Positions 11,551 to 22,845 of a stretch of 64,000 nt of DNA are shown piece by piece. The notes beneath the pieces were generated by a model that had not been told where the DNA came from, made no database searches, and was given only the letters and a program-made list of their open reading frames with translations. The DNA lies in contig NC_083279.1 in NCBI RefSeq assembly GCF_963506605.1, forward strand, positions 98,332,001 through 98,396,000, written 5' to 3'. Positions within the stretch are counted from its first letter, which is position 1, and each line of letters starts with the position of its first letter. Source of the DNA: Zootoca vivipara. Its lineage: Eukaryota. Position numbers and translations under genes: made by a program.

Positions 11551-12729
11551 TAACCCTGTGAGGTAGGGCAGGCTGAGAGGCAGGGACTGGCCCCCAACAT
11601 CACACCCAGCGAGCTTCAAGTGATCAAATGGGCATTTGAACCCTGGCCTCTCCAAAGTCTTAGTCTGACACTCTGGGTCTAAACACTGGTTCTTGGTCAC
11701 TCCCAGAGCTCAGAATCCACGAGGAAACCAATTCCATTTGGTTTATTACTCGTTCTATTAAACTGCCCCCCACAGATCCTACCCCCAAAAGTTCTTTGCA
11801 AAACACATGAGGTTGTTTCTTCGTCCTTTTGGATCCCCACTCTGCCCCGCTCCCCATTCCCTTCTGATGATAAAATGACCGCCAGATAATACCGTAGTTG
11901 CCTCTTCAATTTCACACGCTGAATGACCCCCTTATGGCAAACTATATCTGTCCAATGACGGCTGGCATTGATGTTACTGAACTACTGTATCCCCACCCTG
12001 AAGAGCTGCTGTGGGTACCAAATTCAAAAGATGCACCTATCTATATTGGAGGTCTCTTAAAAGCAAGGCAGGCAGCCAGCAGTTAACCTGGATCTGGTTT
12101 GTTAGAAAAGTTACATGCTTTGGAATAATGCAGCCTGGGTGGAGGGTCTCGCTGGCTGTGAGGTGTAGTGGTTAGAGTGCCAGACTACAACCACTGGAGG
12201 AGCGTGCCTTTGGGGCTGAAGTCAAAGTGTAGAGACTGATAGAGGAGAGACATGTTTTGTTTCAGCTGGGGCAGAGGAAGGCTTCTGGTTGTGCTGCTGC
12301 AGATGCACCGGGGGGGGGGGGCGTTTCTTCTCTCTGCTCTCCTCCCAGAGGTCATTCCTTCTCTGGTCACTGCTATAGATGCACAACCCGACTGGCTGTC
12401 TCCAGGCACAATCCCACAAGGGATTCCCACAGGGCGGGTTGATGCCGTCAGCGCTCATGGCATGTTTGCATCTTCGTAGTGCAGAGTTGGTCTGCCAACT
12501 GTCTTGGCGCCTGAAGAGCACGTCCTCGAGGACCCTGCCATCTTCCATTCTGTAGACGTGACCAAGCCAGCATAGACAGGAATGTGAACAGTCTGGGGAT
12601 GTGGGCTTAGAAGAGCGCGTCTTTGTTTGAAAGCCACCACCAAGAAGGTCTTCTCCTGCATCCCCACCGAAGATGTCCGAGAGGCTGGTGAGACAGAGAG
12701 AAGGGCTTCCCCTGAAGAAGATCTCAGAT

Positions 12730-13329
12730 CAGTGATGGGCAACCTTTTGAGCTTGGTGTGTCAAAATTCGCCAAAAAACCGAGCATAAGTCGGGTGGTGT
12801 GTCACTTCGAGAAAAAAACCATAATTTCGTGATATTTATAGTTTAAATAACAAAAATGTATAATTGGAGGTTTTTTGGGGGGTGCAAAAGTTGCTTTGCT
12901 TTTGGGGGGATGCCCCAAAGCTGCTGCTCTTTTTGTGGTGGAAAGAGAACAGAAATAAATGACAAATAAATGACAAATAATACCTTCGCTGGAACTAACA
13001 CGCAGCACCGACATAGTCTGCCAAAGCGCCAAAAAAAACAGCACAGAACGGGTTAAAAAACGAATGCTGTTACACCAAATCGTCTGCCAAAGCGCCAGAA
13101 AAAACAGCACAGAAAGGGTTAAAAACCAATCTCTGGCTACCAGCAGCAACAACAACAACAAAAAAGGATCCGGGTTTTAACAGCGGAGACAAGCTGTAGC
13201 GGGAGGAGGAGCTGGAGAACAAATGGGTGGGGGGACAACAACAGCGTGAATGGGCCGATGGGGCGTGTGCCAGCAGTGAGGGCTCTGCGTGTCATGTCTG
13301 ACACATGTGTCATAGGTTCACCATCACTG
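12730..13329. mobile_element. 600-bp non-autonomous hAT element (hAT1-like ends)
   Basis: TIRs cagtgatgggcaacct / aggttcaccatcactg; perfect TSD tctcagat; internal ~45-bp direct repeat. Confidence 0.88.
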
Positions 13330-13586
13330 TCTCAGATCCTGGGCAGATTCGTTTGGGATAAAACGCTCCTTCAGATAGCCTGGGCCCAAGACATAGAAAA
13401 GGGACTAACAGTCCTATTCGTGTCTACTCAGAAGTAAGCCCCATCCAGACCCGTGAGGTTTGCTCCCAGGGAAGTAAACGAGACTGAAGGCTGATCCAGA
13501 GTTTGAGGGTGTCACCCAGGCCTCCCCTGCCCCGCTTGTGTCTCCCACAGGTCTGAGGACGGCGGACGGCTTCTCGGCACACCGCC

Positions 13587-13848
13587 ATGGTCTCCCCGGC
13601 TATTGCGCTGGCGTTCATCCCTTTCGTGGTGACCCTGCTCATCCGCTACCGGCACTACTTCTGCCTCTTTTACCGGGCAGTGTTGGTGCGGCGGCTGCGA
13701 GACTACCTAACGGGCATCCCCAAGGAAGAGAGGGCCTTCCAGTACGTCCTGACCCACACCATCCCAGGAGACCCCCAGCATATCTTGGAGACCTTTGACC
13801 ACTGGAGCTACCACTGCGAGTATCTCAGCAACCTGGGACCCCAGAAAG
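13587..13848 (+). CDS. TOMT: Transmembrane O-methyltransferase, coding exon 1
   Basis: Acceptor cccacag|g at 13550/13551, Kozak gcc[34 protein letters not shown]...[38 protein letters not shown] matches the TOMT/COMT2 N-terminus. Donor g|gtgtgc. Confidence 0.95.
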
Positions 13849-14545
13849 GTGTGCGATGGGGACGGGGGAATGTCCCTGTTTCCATCGGAGAAATGTTGGA
13901 GGGGATGGAATAATAGGATGTCCCTGTTTTCACCAGAGAAATGTTGGATGGGGTGGGAATGCAGTGAGGAATCCCGGATCTGTTGGTTTCCCATTTGTCT
14001 TTGTTTCTTTCTGAACAACCTGCCCCGTGTTGAAGGCCTGAGACACGAGGCGATTGCCTTGGCCCCTTGACTCAATCAAGTGGCGGGGAGTTCCAGGGAA
14101 TGGGCTCTTCTTAGGTCTAACTGTAGTGAGAGGGAGAGCGCACACTGGTAAGGACATAGGGAGAGCCGTATTAGATCAGGCCAAAGGTCCCATCCTGCAT
14201 TGCAGAGGGTTGGGCTAGATGACCCTTGGTGTCCCTTCCAACTCAACCATTCTGTGGTTCCTCCTGTTCTCCCAGTGGCCATTTGGATGCCCTGGGGAAG
14301 CCTGCAAGCAGGACAGGGGGGCAACAGTGCCCTCCCCTCCTGTGATTCCCAACAACTGGTATTCAGAGGCACAACAGCAGAGAAAGAAAATAGCCACTGT
14401 GTCTAGCAACTGTCTCCTCCGTGAATTTGTCTAATCTTCTTTTAAAGCCATGAAAGCTGTTGGCCCTCACTGCCTCCTGGGGGAGAGAATTCTGTAGTTT
14501 TTAAACTTCCTGTTGCCCCTTCAAGATGTTGTTTTATTAGATGTA

Positions 14546-14789
14546 CCGTATTGGCCCGAATATAAGCCGCACCCAAATATAAGTTGGACCTTTAAAATTC
14601 AAGGGGGGGGGGAGAAAAAAAGACAATACCAGAATATAAGCCGCTCCCTTTTCATTTTACCGCATGTCTGTTTCAGCAGCGATATCGTAAAAGCCCATTT
14701 TGTAAGGTCGCAAATTTAAGCCGCAATGTAACTTTTCAGTCATAATTTGGAGTGGAAAAACGGTGAGGCTTATATTCAGGCCAATACGA
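14546..14789. mobile_element. Tc1/mariner-superfamily (Tc2/pogo-like) MITE
   Basis: TA-flanked TIRs ccgtattggcccgaatataagcc / ggcttatattcaggccaatacg. Confidence 0.75.
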
Positions 14790-14982
14790 TATATCTACAC
14801 ATTCAGAAGCAGATCATAGTGGAAGCAATCAAATTTCTAAAGCAGGCAGCAAAACTGCTGATCCCAAATCTGAGTTTTTTATTTATAGCCGTGGCTGTTT
14901 TTTGTGGTTTTAGTCTATAATTTTGTACTATTGTCAGTTGTGATAATCAGTAACCTGCCCTGGAAGTATTTGGTGAAGGGCA

Positions 14983-15329
14983 AGTGGCGCTGTGGTTAAA
15001 CCACTGAGCCTAGGGCTTGCTGATCAGAAGGTCGGCGGTTCGAATCCCTGCAACGGGGTGAGCTCCCGTTGCTCGGTCCCAGCTCCTGCCCACCTAGCAA
15101 TTCGAAAGCACCTCAAAGTGCAAGTAGATAAATAGGAACCGCTACAGCGGGAAGGTAAACGGCGTTTCTGTGCGCTGCTCTGGTTTGCCAGAAGCGGCTT
15201 TGTCATGCTGGCCACATGACCTGGAAGCTATACGCCGGCTCCCTCGGCCAATAATGCGAGATGAGCGCGCAACCCCAGAGTCGGTCACGACTGGACCTAA
15301 TGGTCAGGGGTCCCTTTACCTTTACCTTT
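14983..15329 (+). mobile_element. Sauria/Squam1 SINE
   Basis: Full consensus with tttacctttacc tail. Confidence 0.85.
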
Positions 15330-15471
15330 TAAGCTAGAAGCACAAACAGCAAATAGATAAGGCCAGGTCACACTATCCCTCTTTCTTTCTGCCTATTTAA
15401 ACTGCTCCAGACCGCCTCTGCTAGAAGGCTGTGCCAAAGACTAGAGAGACCGCAGCAGCAATTAAGGAATG

Positions 15472-15612
15472 TAGAACCACAGAATTGTAGAGTTGGAAGG
15501 CACATCGAGGGTCATCCAGTCCAACCCCCTGCATTGCAGGAATCTTCTGTCCACAGCTCAAACAACCAACCTTGTGGTTTACAGACAGACTCAAGATGCT
15601 TTAACCCTGCTG
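15472..15612 (-). mobile_element. SINE with tRNA-Asn-like head and CR1 3' tail
   Basis: Reverse complement gtctgtaaaccacaaggttggttgtttgagc matches the recalled tRNA-Asn arm GGCTGTTAACCGAAAGGTTGGTGGTTCGAGC at 25/31, followed by ttcctgcaatgcagggggttggact...ccaactctacaattct. Confidence 0.5.
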
Positions 15613-15798
15613 AATGAAGAAAAAAAATATGATAGGTTCATTTACAGTAATCAAGTCAGACGCCTGTGTGCCAGTTATTCAAAACAACCTGGTTTCAATG
15701 ACCTTCTAAGCTCACCATCTCTTTTAGTTATTCACTTTGAAACATCTTTTAGCCCTGATGCACCTGGGCTGTTTTTTAGGGCTGCTTATTTGCACTAA

Positions 15799-16160
15799 TG
15801 GACGCTGGTGGCTCTGTGGTCTAAACCACAGAGCCTAGGGCTTGTCGATCAGAAGGTCGGCGGTTCGAATCTCCGCAACGGGGTGAGCTCCCATTGCTCG
15901 GTCCCAGCTCCTGCCAACGTAGCAGTTTGAAAGCATGTCAAAGATCAAGGACATAAATAGGTACTGCTACAGCGGGAAGGTAAACGGCATTTCCGTGTGC
16001 TGTTCTGGTTCACCAGAAGTGGCTTAGTCATGCTGGCCACATGACCCAGAAGCTGTCTGTGGACAAATGCTGGCTCCCTCAGCCTATAGAGCGAGATGAG
16101 CGCCGCAACCCCAGAGTCGGACACGACTGGACCTGATGGTCAGGGGCCCCTTTACCTTTA
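15799..16160 (+). mobile_element. Sauria/Squam1 SINE
   Basis: Full consensus. Confidence 0.85.
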
Positions 16161-17151
16161 CTTGCATTAATTTGCATTATAATTATTATTACGTTATATT
16201 TCCCCCTTCTGCTGCAAGACACTCAATATACAATTGTAAAAGCGAGCTGTAGGGGTCAGTGGCCTCTGGTCCCGGGTGTTCCCTCACAATTTATTGCAGC
16301 TTTCAAACTCACCAGGAATTGGTTGGTTTTCAAAGGACGACGTTTCAAAGCGTTTAAGTGAAGCAACATTCACGAAAGAGGCACAGCGGAATCGATTCCA
16401 CCCCCTCCCCGAGGGCCCACCCCACAGCCAACACAAGCAAAGAATCATGTAATAGACTTTTGGGTGCTTTGCGCCAGTTTCTGGTCGGGGAGCCAGCAGT
16501 GCAGCTGTGAATAGTGTTGAGCCCTGTTGCATTGGCAGCTGGCACACTGAAGCTGCCTGCGAACCGGGTTTCAGCGCCTTGGCGCATCCCAACATGGCTT
16601 AGAATTGTAGAGTTGGAAGGGATCATGTAGTCCGAGCCCCCCTTGCGGGGATTGAACCTGCAACCTGGGCGTTATCAGCACCACGCTCCAGCCAGCTAGG
16701 ATCGCCTCTGAGCACGGGCAGAGAGTCTTTACCTCTGGCACGGAGTAACCACAACACAAGTCTTGGGCTTGGAGCCAGAGGGTCACATTTCTGCCTTGAT
16801 CCAGGCAGGAGACAGGGCTCCCTAAGGCCAGCCAGCCAAAAATAGCAGGTCCCAAATAGCTTCTACAGCTGTACAAGCAGCATGAGACTTTAGCCCTCGG
16901 ACTGCGAAGGCAGCGGCTATTCGTAGGTGGACTTTTTGGTTTCACAGGCTTCCCCAAGACGGTGCCCTCCTGAGATTTTGGACTCTGGCTCCCAACAGTC
17001 CTGGTCAGCCCCACGGAGGGCACCGTCTTTGAGAACGCTGCCTTAGAACAACCGCCCTTCTGCAGGGAAGAAATTGAGAAGAGGTGGCTGGCTGCTGCGC
17101 ACCCTCGATCCTTCCTCACCCCAAACGCAACATTTATTTGGTGCCTTCTAG

Positions 17152-17348
17152 CCAAGATCCTGGAGCGGCTGATCTACGAGAAGGCCCCCCTCAGAGTCTT
17201 GGAGCTGGGCACCTACTGTGGATATGCCACTATCCTCATCGCACAGCTGTTGCCGCTGGGCGCCCGGTTGTACACCGTGGAGATGGACGACCGCAAAGCG
17301 GCCGTGGCCGAGAAGGTCATCCGCCTCGCTGGCTTCGACGATGACACC
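17152..17348 (+). CDS. TOMT: TOMT coding exon 2 (SAM-binding motif)
   Basis: ttctag|cc; (A)[26 protein letters not shown]...[26 protein letters not shown]; donor acc|gtgagt. Confidence 0.95.
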
Positions 17349-17605
17349 GTGAGTGGCTTGGGCTTCCGCAGCTGCCCTTGCCAAACTGCCGGGGGCAGAG
17401 ATAGAGGCAAAGCGAGGCAGTTGCCTTAGGGTGGCAGGCTCTGGAGAGCTGGCAGATTCACCTCCTGTGCTTGTTTGTGCTTCCTCCGTTCTCTACCGCG
17501 TGTCTGTTGTGCAACCGCTGCCACGGCCAGGCACGTAGCTGCAGCCATGTGGCAGGCAGGCAGGCAGGCAGGCAGAAGAGGACAAGGCGTTTTCTGATTT
17601 GCCCC

Positions 17606-19385
17606 TGCTCCCTTTCCCTTTTGGGGTTTTCCAGAGCCCATGTAGAGTCCTTAAATAGGTTGCCTATCAGTAGGAGGAAATAACAGAGGCCAACCAGAGT
17701 ATATTGAGAAGCAGAGCGACTAGTGCAGCGTTTCTCAACCGCTGTTCCGCGGCACAGTAGTGTGCCGCGAGACGCTGGCTGGTGTGCCGCGACGTGCGGC
17801 GACGAGAAGGGCACTTGTCGCCAGCAATGCACCAGGGTGCCGGGCTGCCAGGGGCGCCGAGCCGCTGCGCCCGCGGCACTTGTCCGGCGCCCGCGGCAGT
17901 TGCGCCCGACTCCCGAGCCGTGCAGCGCCCGAGGCGCCTGTCATCACAGCTGCGCTGTGTGGGAGGGGGCAGGGGCTGACGCTGACGCTCCCGACGTTCG
18001 GGAGTCCTTTGCACATGCGCAAAGCGCAGCTGTGAACTCCGGCGGTTTCTCCCGAACGCCGGGAGTCGTCCGGCATCCTCCAGACGGCCGCAAGGCACCC
18101 GCCGGAGCCCGCACTGTGTGGGAGGGAGCAGGGCTGACGCTCTCATGGTCTCCCGACTCTGCCAGCCAGGTCTCCTTCTCCCGACGTTGGCAGCCCGGCA
18201 CAGCTCACGGGGCGCCCAGGGGCCGTCAAGGCAGGTGCTCGGCTCCCGCCGGCGGCCCTTCTCCCGCCATGGCTGCCGCCGCGCACCTGGCTGGGCTCCA
18301 AGCAGGCGGCCGCGGGGCAGGTGTGTCGCTGGGTCCGCTCCTCCTCCTCCTCCCTCGGCGGGGCTCTGAACTCTGTGTAGGTGTGTTTAAACTTTTATTG
18401 ATGAAAAGTAAACTCTTCAGCATAAGTCTGTCATGATATTAACACGTATTTTCATTTTAGGCAGGCTAAATCATTTCGATTAATGACACAGCACTTCCTG
18501 TCGAGAATCCCAGCAAAACAATTTTGCATAGGTGTACGCCACACATTTCATTAAAGTGCGCATCCAGGGAATTCCCCCCCCCAAAAAACCCATTTATTGA
18601 GTACATAATCATAAAAGGACATCATTTTTATTCATCAAACTAATGAAACAAAAGCTTCACTATTTCTTTTAAATTAACAACCAAACTTTAAAAATACAAT
18701 CTTAAGTGAGACACAAATTACTATCTTTTTGGCAAGTGTTTCTTACAGTCATAATTATATAGTCAATATAGGGCGGCACAGAGTTAAATTTTTTAACTTT
18801 TTAAATGGTGGTGTGCCTCGAGATTTTTTTCATGGAACAAGTGTGCCTTGGCCCAAAAAAGGTTGAGAAACACTGGACTAGTGAACCTGATCTTTATTAA
18901 ACTGTTGCAAGAGGGTCCCCACTCACCACACGCAGGAGGCAAGCTCTTATAGAGAGACATTTGAAATTGCCCCCCCTCCCTGTAGCCCAAGACCTCCCCC
19001 CAAAACATCATACATACATCACAGGAGGAGGTGGGTCTACAGCAGAAATCCTGTCTGCCAGGATACCTGATAATGGTCACTGATTGCTTTACCTGGGCAG
19101 CCTGGCCATTCTTTTGCAATGGTAAATACTTTAGTCCAGGTCACAGACTCACCCTGTTCATACACAAATACCCCATTAAGGCAGGATTTACAAGCAAAAG
19201 GACAATGGGAAGGCTTTCCCCATTTGCCTCCCTTACTGCAGAGGACTTTTTGAGGTCATTGGAAGAGTCAAAATGGCTTCGGGATTGCTGTCCTGTACTA
19301 TTTCAGACACATGGTTCATATATTTAGATACGTGTGCATTTATGAATATTTATTCTATATTTGAGACCTTAAAATTCTCGTAACA
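17606..19385 (-). mobile_element. Solo LTR interrupted by a hAT element (TOMT intron 2)
   Basis: TG...CA ends, 4-bp TSD cccc, AATAAA on the minus strand (~18894). Homologous to 20176-20819 and the 30281-32099 cluster. Confidence 0.7.
17726..18875. mobile_element. 1150-bp non-autonomous hAT element with CpG-rich interior
   Basis: TIRs cagcgtttctcaacc / ggttgagaaacactg; perfect TSD gactagtg (17718-17725, 18876-18883). Confidence 0.9.
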
Positions 19386-19826
19386 CCCCTAACAGCAAAA
19401 CCTGCAGGGCTAGGCCCTGGCCTGGGACACACTCAAGCAGGGGAAACTCGAGCTATCAGAAGGAGAGAGTCACATTCCCAAGAGACAGTAACAGGGAGTA
19501 GAGGCCACTCTGTTGTTGTTTTTGTCAATTTTTTATTAAACTTTAAAATATTTACATATAATTCCCCCCTTTTAAAAACAACAACACAAAGCCCTTTATT
19601 CAAAAGTTACAATACAATGCATTACATTTTCAATCAATTTATTCCCCTCCCCAGACACCAGCTTTTAAGTTTGTTAAGCATTTTCCTTTAAACACGACTC
19701 CCTTGTCCGAGATCCTGCAGAGCAGCTGTGCAGGCAATACTGGGCTAGATGGGCCCCTGGGCAGATTTCTCTGTGGATGGATCCTGGTGGCAGGCTGCCT
19801 CTCTTTCAACCGCTTCTCTCGCGTAG

Positions 19827-20147
19827 GTGGAGCTCATTCGGGGACCCTCGCAGGAAGTCATCCCCCAGCTCAAGGAGAAATACGGGCTCAGCCACGTGGA
19901 TTTCATCTTCATGGACCACTGGAAACGCTGCTACTTGAGGGACCTGCAGCTGCTGGAAGCCCACGACCTCCTCCTGGAAGGGGCCACCGTCGTGGCCGAC
20001 AACATCATCTTCCCCGGCGCGCCTCATTTCCTGCAGTACGTCAAGGCCTGCGGCAAGTACAAGTGGAGGATTCACAGGACCAGTCTGCAGTACTTCCGAG
20101 CCATACCTGACGGCATGGCCCAGCTCACCTGGACGGGTCTGCAATGA
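19827..20147 (+). CDS. TOMT: TOMT coding exon 3
   Basis: gcgtag|gtg; [35 protein letters not shown]...[28 protein letters not shown]. Spliced CDS 780 nt = 259 aa. Confidence 0.95.
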   Translation: MELIRGPSQEVIPQLKEKYGLSHVDFIFMDHWKRCYLRDLQLLEAHDLLLEGATVVADNIIFPGAPHFLQYVKACGKYKWRIHRTSLQYFRAIPDGMAQLTWTGLQ

Positions 20148-20175
20148 TGGGAGATGTCACTGCTATAGGGGAAAC

Positions 20176-20819
20176 TGCTCTGTTTCCCTTATGGGGTATT
20201 CCGGAGCCCATACAGAGTCCTTAAGAGGAAATAACAGAGGCCAACCAGAGAATATTGAGAAGCAAAGCGGCTAGTTCTGATCTTCATTCAAGGAGCTGTT
20301 GCAACAGGGTCCCCACTCACCGCACACAGGAGGGAGGAGGAACCCAGAACAATGGTGCACAAGTCCTTATAAAGACTTTTGAAATTGCCCACCTGGTTGC
20401 CCAAGGACCCCCCCCCCCAACACACACACATACACACCACAGAAGGAGGTGGTCTACAGCAGAAATCCTGCCTGCCAGGATACCTGATAATGCTCACTGA
20501 TTACATTACCTGAGCAGACCGGACATTCTTTTGTGATGGCTAATACTTTAGTAATTTAGTTCCTGAATCCAGGTCACAGGCTCACCCTATTCATACACAA
20601 ATACGCCCTGAAGACAGGATTTGCAAGCAAAAAGACAATGGGAAGGCTTCCCCCATTTGCCTCCTTTACTGCAGAGGAATACCTGAGGTCATTGGGAGAG
20701 TCAAAAATGGCCCCAGGATTGCTCTCCTGTACTATTTCAGACACATGGTTTATATATTTAGATATGTGCGCATTTATGAATGTTTATTCTATATTTGAGA
20801 CCTTAAAATTCTTATAACA
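20176..20819 (-). mobile_element. Solo LTR beginning 28 nt after the TOMT stop codon
   Basis: Long-range identity with 17606-19385 (tgctc..ttccctt..gggg..taacagaggccaaccagag...gagaccttaaaattct..taaca). TSD not readable. Confidence 0.7.
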
Positions 20820-21291
20820 TCGCCAATGGGGGCCTAGATAGCTCCTTCCTCAAGAGCCTGAGATGCGGCTACAAAGAGACGGGGTGTTCTCCTTCCTTGC
20901 TGGGAGAGCAAAAGAAGATTCTGTCCCGATTTACACACCCCTGCAAACAGCCATGGAAATGACACAAATATAAGGAAAGCAAAATGACTTTGTTCTCATG
21001 CAAATTTCCGGTTTTTGGGCGAGTACTGAAGACCTGCCAACGCTCCTCTCCTAGCACAAGACCGGCCAGTTTTTAAGCTGATCTATTTATGTCTTTATTT
21101 AGTTTGAGTCCCTGGGGAATGCAGACCTGAGTTCCTCATGGCAGGCCTTGCCAGATGATAAAATTGAGGCAAGTGAGCTATTTGATGTTGCAATTATCAA
21201 CTGGCCGTTTGAAATCTTCTCTGTCAGCAAACAGAACGCCCCCCCCCCCCCGAGATTTCTAGATTGGAATTGATTAACGGGCCTCAGTCTA

Positions 21292-22637
21292 TCTTATTTT
21301 TTTTGAACTTCATTTTGTATTGTTTCCATTTATCATACAAATAGTTTGTTAAATCAATATACAAATAAACTGCCATGCATCTGGTAATACATGTCAATTA
21401 CATTGAAAAACAAAAGTTGTTTTCCAAACATACCAATGTATCATTTCTTATTTACACCTCCTTTGATCCTCCTATATGTTCTTATCATCTAGACTTGTTC
21501 TCTCGAACTGGACTTCCTCTTTCTTTTCTCTTGGTTTTATTTACCATCTTCCACGTTCTGCGTTTTATCTTTTCTTGTCCGTCATTCACCTCGAACATTA
21601 CTGTTAGGGAATTTTATAGGGGGGGGGCACCCAAACGAGGCTTCATTTGGGAATCAAGATTGGCACAAATGCCCTCAAGGGGACCCCGTCTGATCCTACA
21701 ACACCACTCTAGTATCGCACCAACACGAACCCCCTCAAGATCAAGCCCTGAGTAATAAAGGCTCCCTTTCCTAACCCTTCTCTGTTGCCTGAGACTCTAT
21801 GTAACCATATTTCTTTATGAATGAATACAGTGTATCTTTATTTCTAAATGAAACCCCCTTCTTCTACTCTGGCCAAGGGCTCTCAGGGATGCAGGGAACA
21901 GCCATAATCCCTTAAGCAAGAGGTCAGGTAGCCAGGGTGGTGCTCCTCTGCATATCCATAATCCATTCAGGTACCATCTCCTGCCATTCCCAACCCTCTG
22001 AAGCCAGAGGCAATACTCACACCTGGACCCATTGTTTTTCCCCACCAGGAACTCAAGGATCCCCTCCCAGATACTTACTGGTACTTGCTTAACAATGACC
22101 TGGGACATCCTGCATTGTTACCTTATGCTAATCCTGCTTACCTCCTGTTTACCTGTATGCTAATGCCCCTTGCACCTTCCCCTTTTCTGACGTTTTACCC
22201 TGTCACAAGTGATGTATGTATGATGCTTTCGATGTGCATTATGGGATGGTGGTGGGAACTTTTAAAAGTTCTTGCAGTCCTCTTCACGGTGTTCAGTCTG
22301 GCATTGAACCTGCTGCGCAGTAATAAACCTTGCTGTTTGCTCTGGATCGTGGCTGGACTCCTTCCTTTTATACTCCGCAACGACCACAGGCCCTTGCCTG
22401 ATGAGCTGGGTGGCTGAGCATTCTCGCACCCAGAATTTTGCCCTAACAATTTCCGAACATGTGTTATTGACAATGACTATATGCTTTTTGTGCTGTATTT
22501 TCAAAACAATCCTACTAGTGTTTTAATATTTTAACAGTATTCCTTTAGATATTCTACAAACTTTCCCCATTCTTCCTGATACCTTTGTTCCTTCTGATCT
22601 CTTATTCTTCCTGTCAACCTCGCCAATTCTAAGTTTC
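21292..22637 (-). mobile_element. L1-like 3' fragment with 17-bp TSD, containing a nested LTR
   Basis: T-rich tail at ~21296; TSD taacgggcctcagtcta (21275-21291, 22638-22654). Confidence 0.75.
21602..22448 (+). mobile_element. Solo LTR nested in L1
   Basis: Inverted termini tgttaggg...ccctaaca; AATAAA at ~22322; near-TSD attac/atttc. Confidence 0.7.
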
Positions 22638-22734
22638 TAACGGGCCTCAGTCTAGTTCAAGGCGGTTCAAAAAGAAGGCAAGAGGGAAACACTGTGAATT
22701 ATATTTAGAAATCTAACTTGAATGATTGCAGAAA

Positions 22735-22845
22735 ATAAAATAAAAAAATTCCTTCAGTAGCACCTTAAAGACCAACTAAGTTTTTATTTTGGTATGAGCT
22801 TTCGTGTGCATGCACACTTCTTCAGATGACGGCTACCTACCTGTA
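22735..22845 (-). mobile_element. Penelope-like element remnant with hammerhead-ribozyme core
   Basis: Reverse complement reads ctgaagaagtgtgcatgcacacgaaagctcatacc..cttagttggtctttaaggtgctac, with an inverted terminal piece acggctacctacctgta. Sister copies at 27730-27852 and 35575-35668. Confidence 0.65.

Noticed and set aside
13866-13960. ~45-bp imperfect direct repeat just after the TOMT exon 1 donor
   Set aside because: Most likely a duplicated small repeat or MITE end; no evidence of function.
17667-18436. 237-aa and other ORFs in TOMT intron 2
   Set aside because: GC-rich interior of a non-autonomous hAT element; no transposase or other motifs.
17606-20819. Full LTR retroelement that captured TOMT exon 3
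   Set aside because: The left LTR has its own TSD (cccc/cccc), no shared outer TSD, PBS or pol is seen, and the exon is in its native position. These are two independent solo LTRs.
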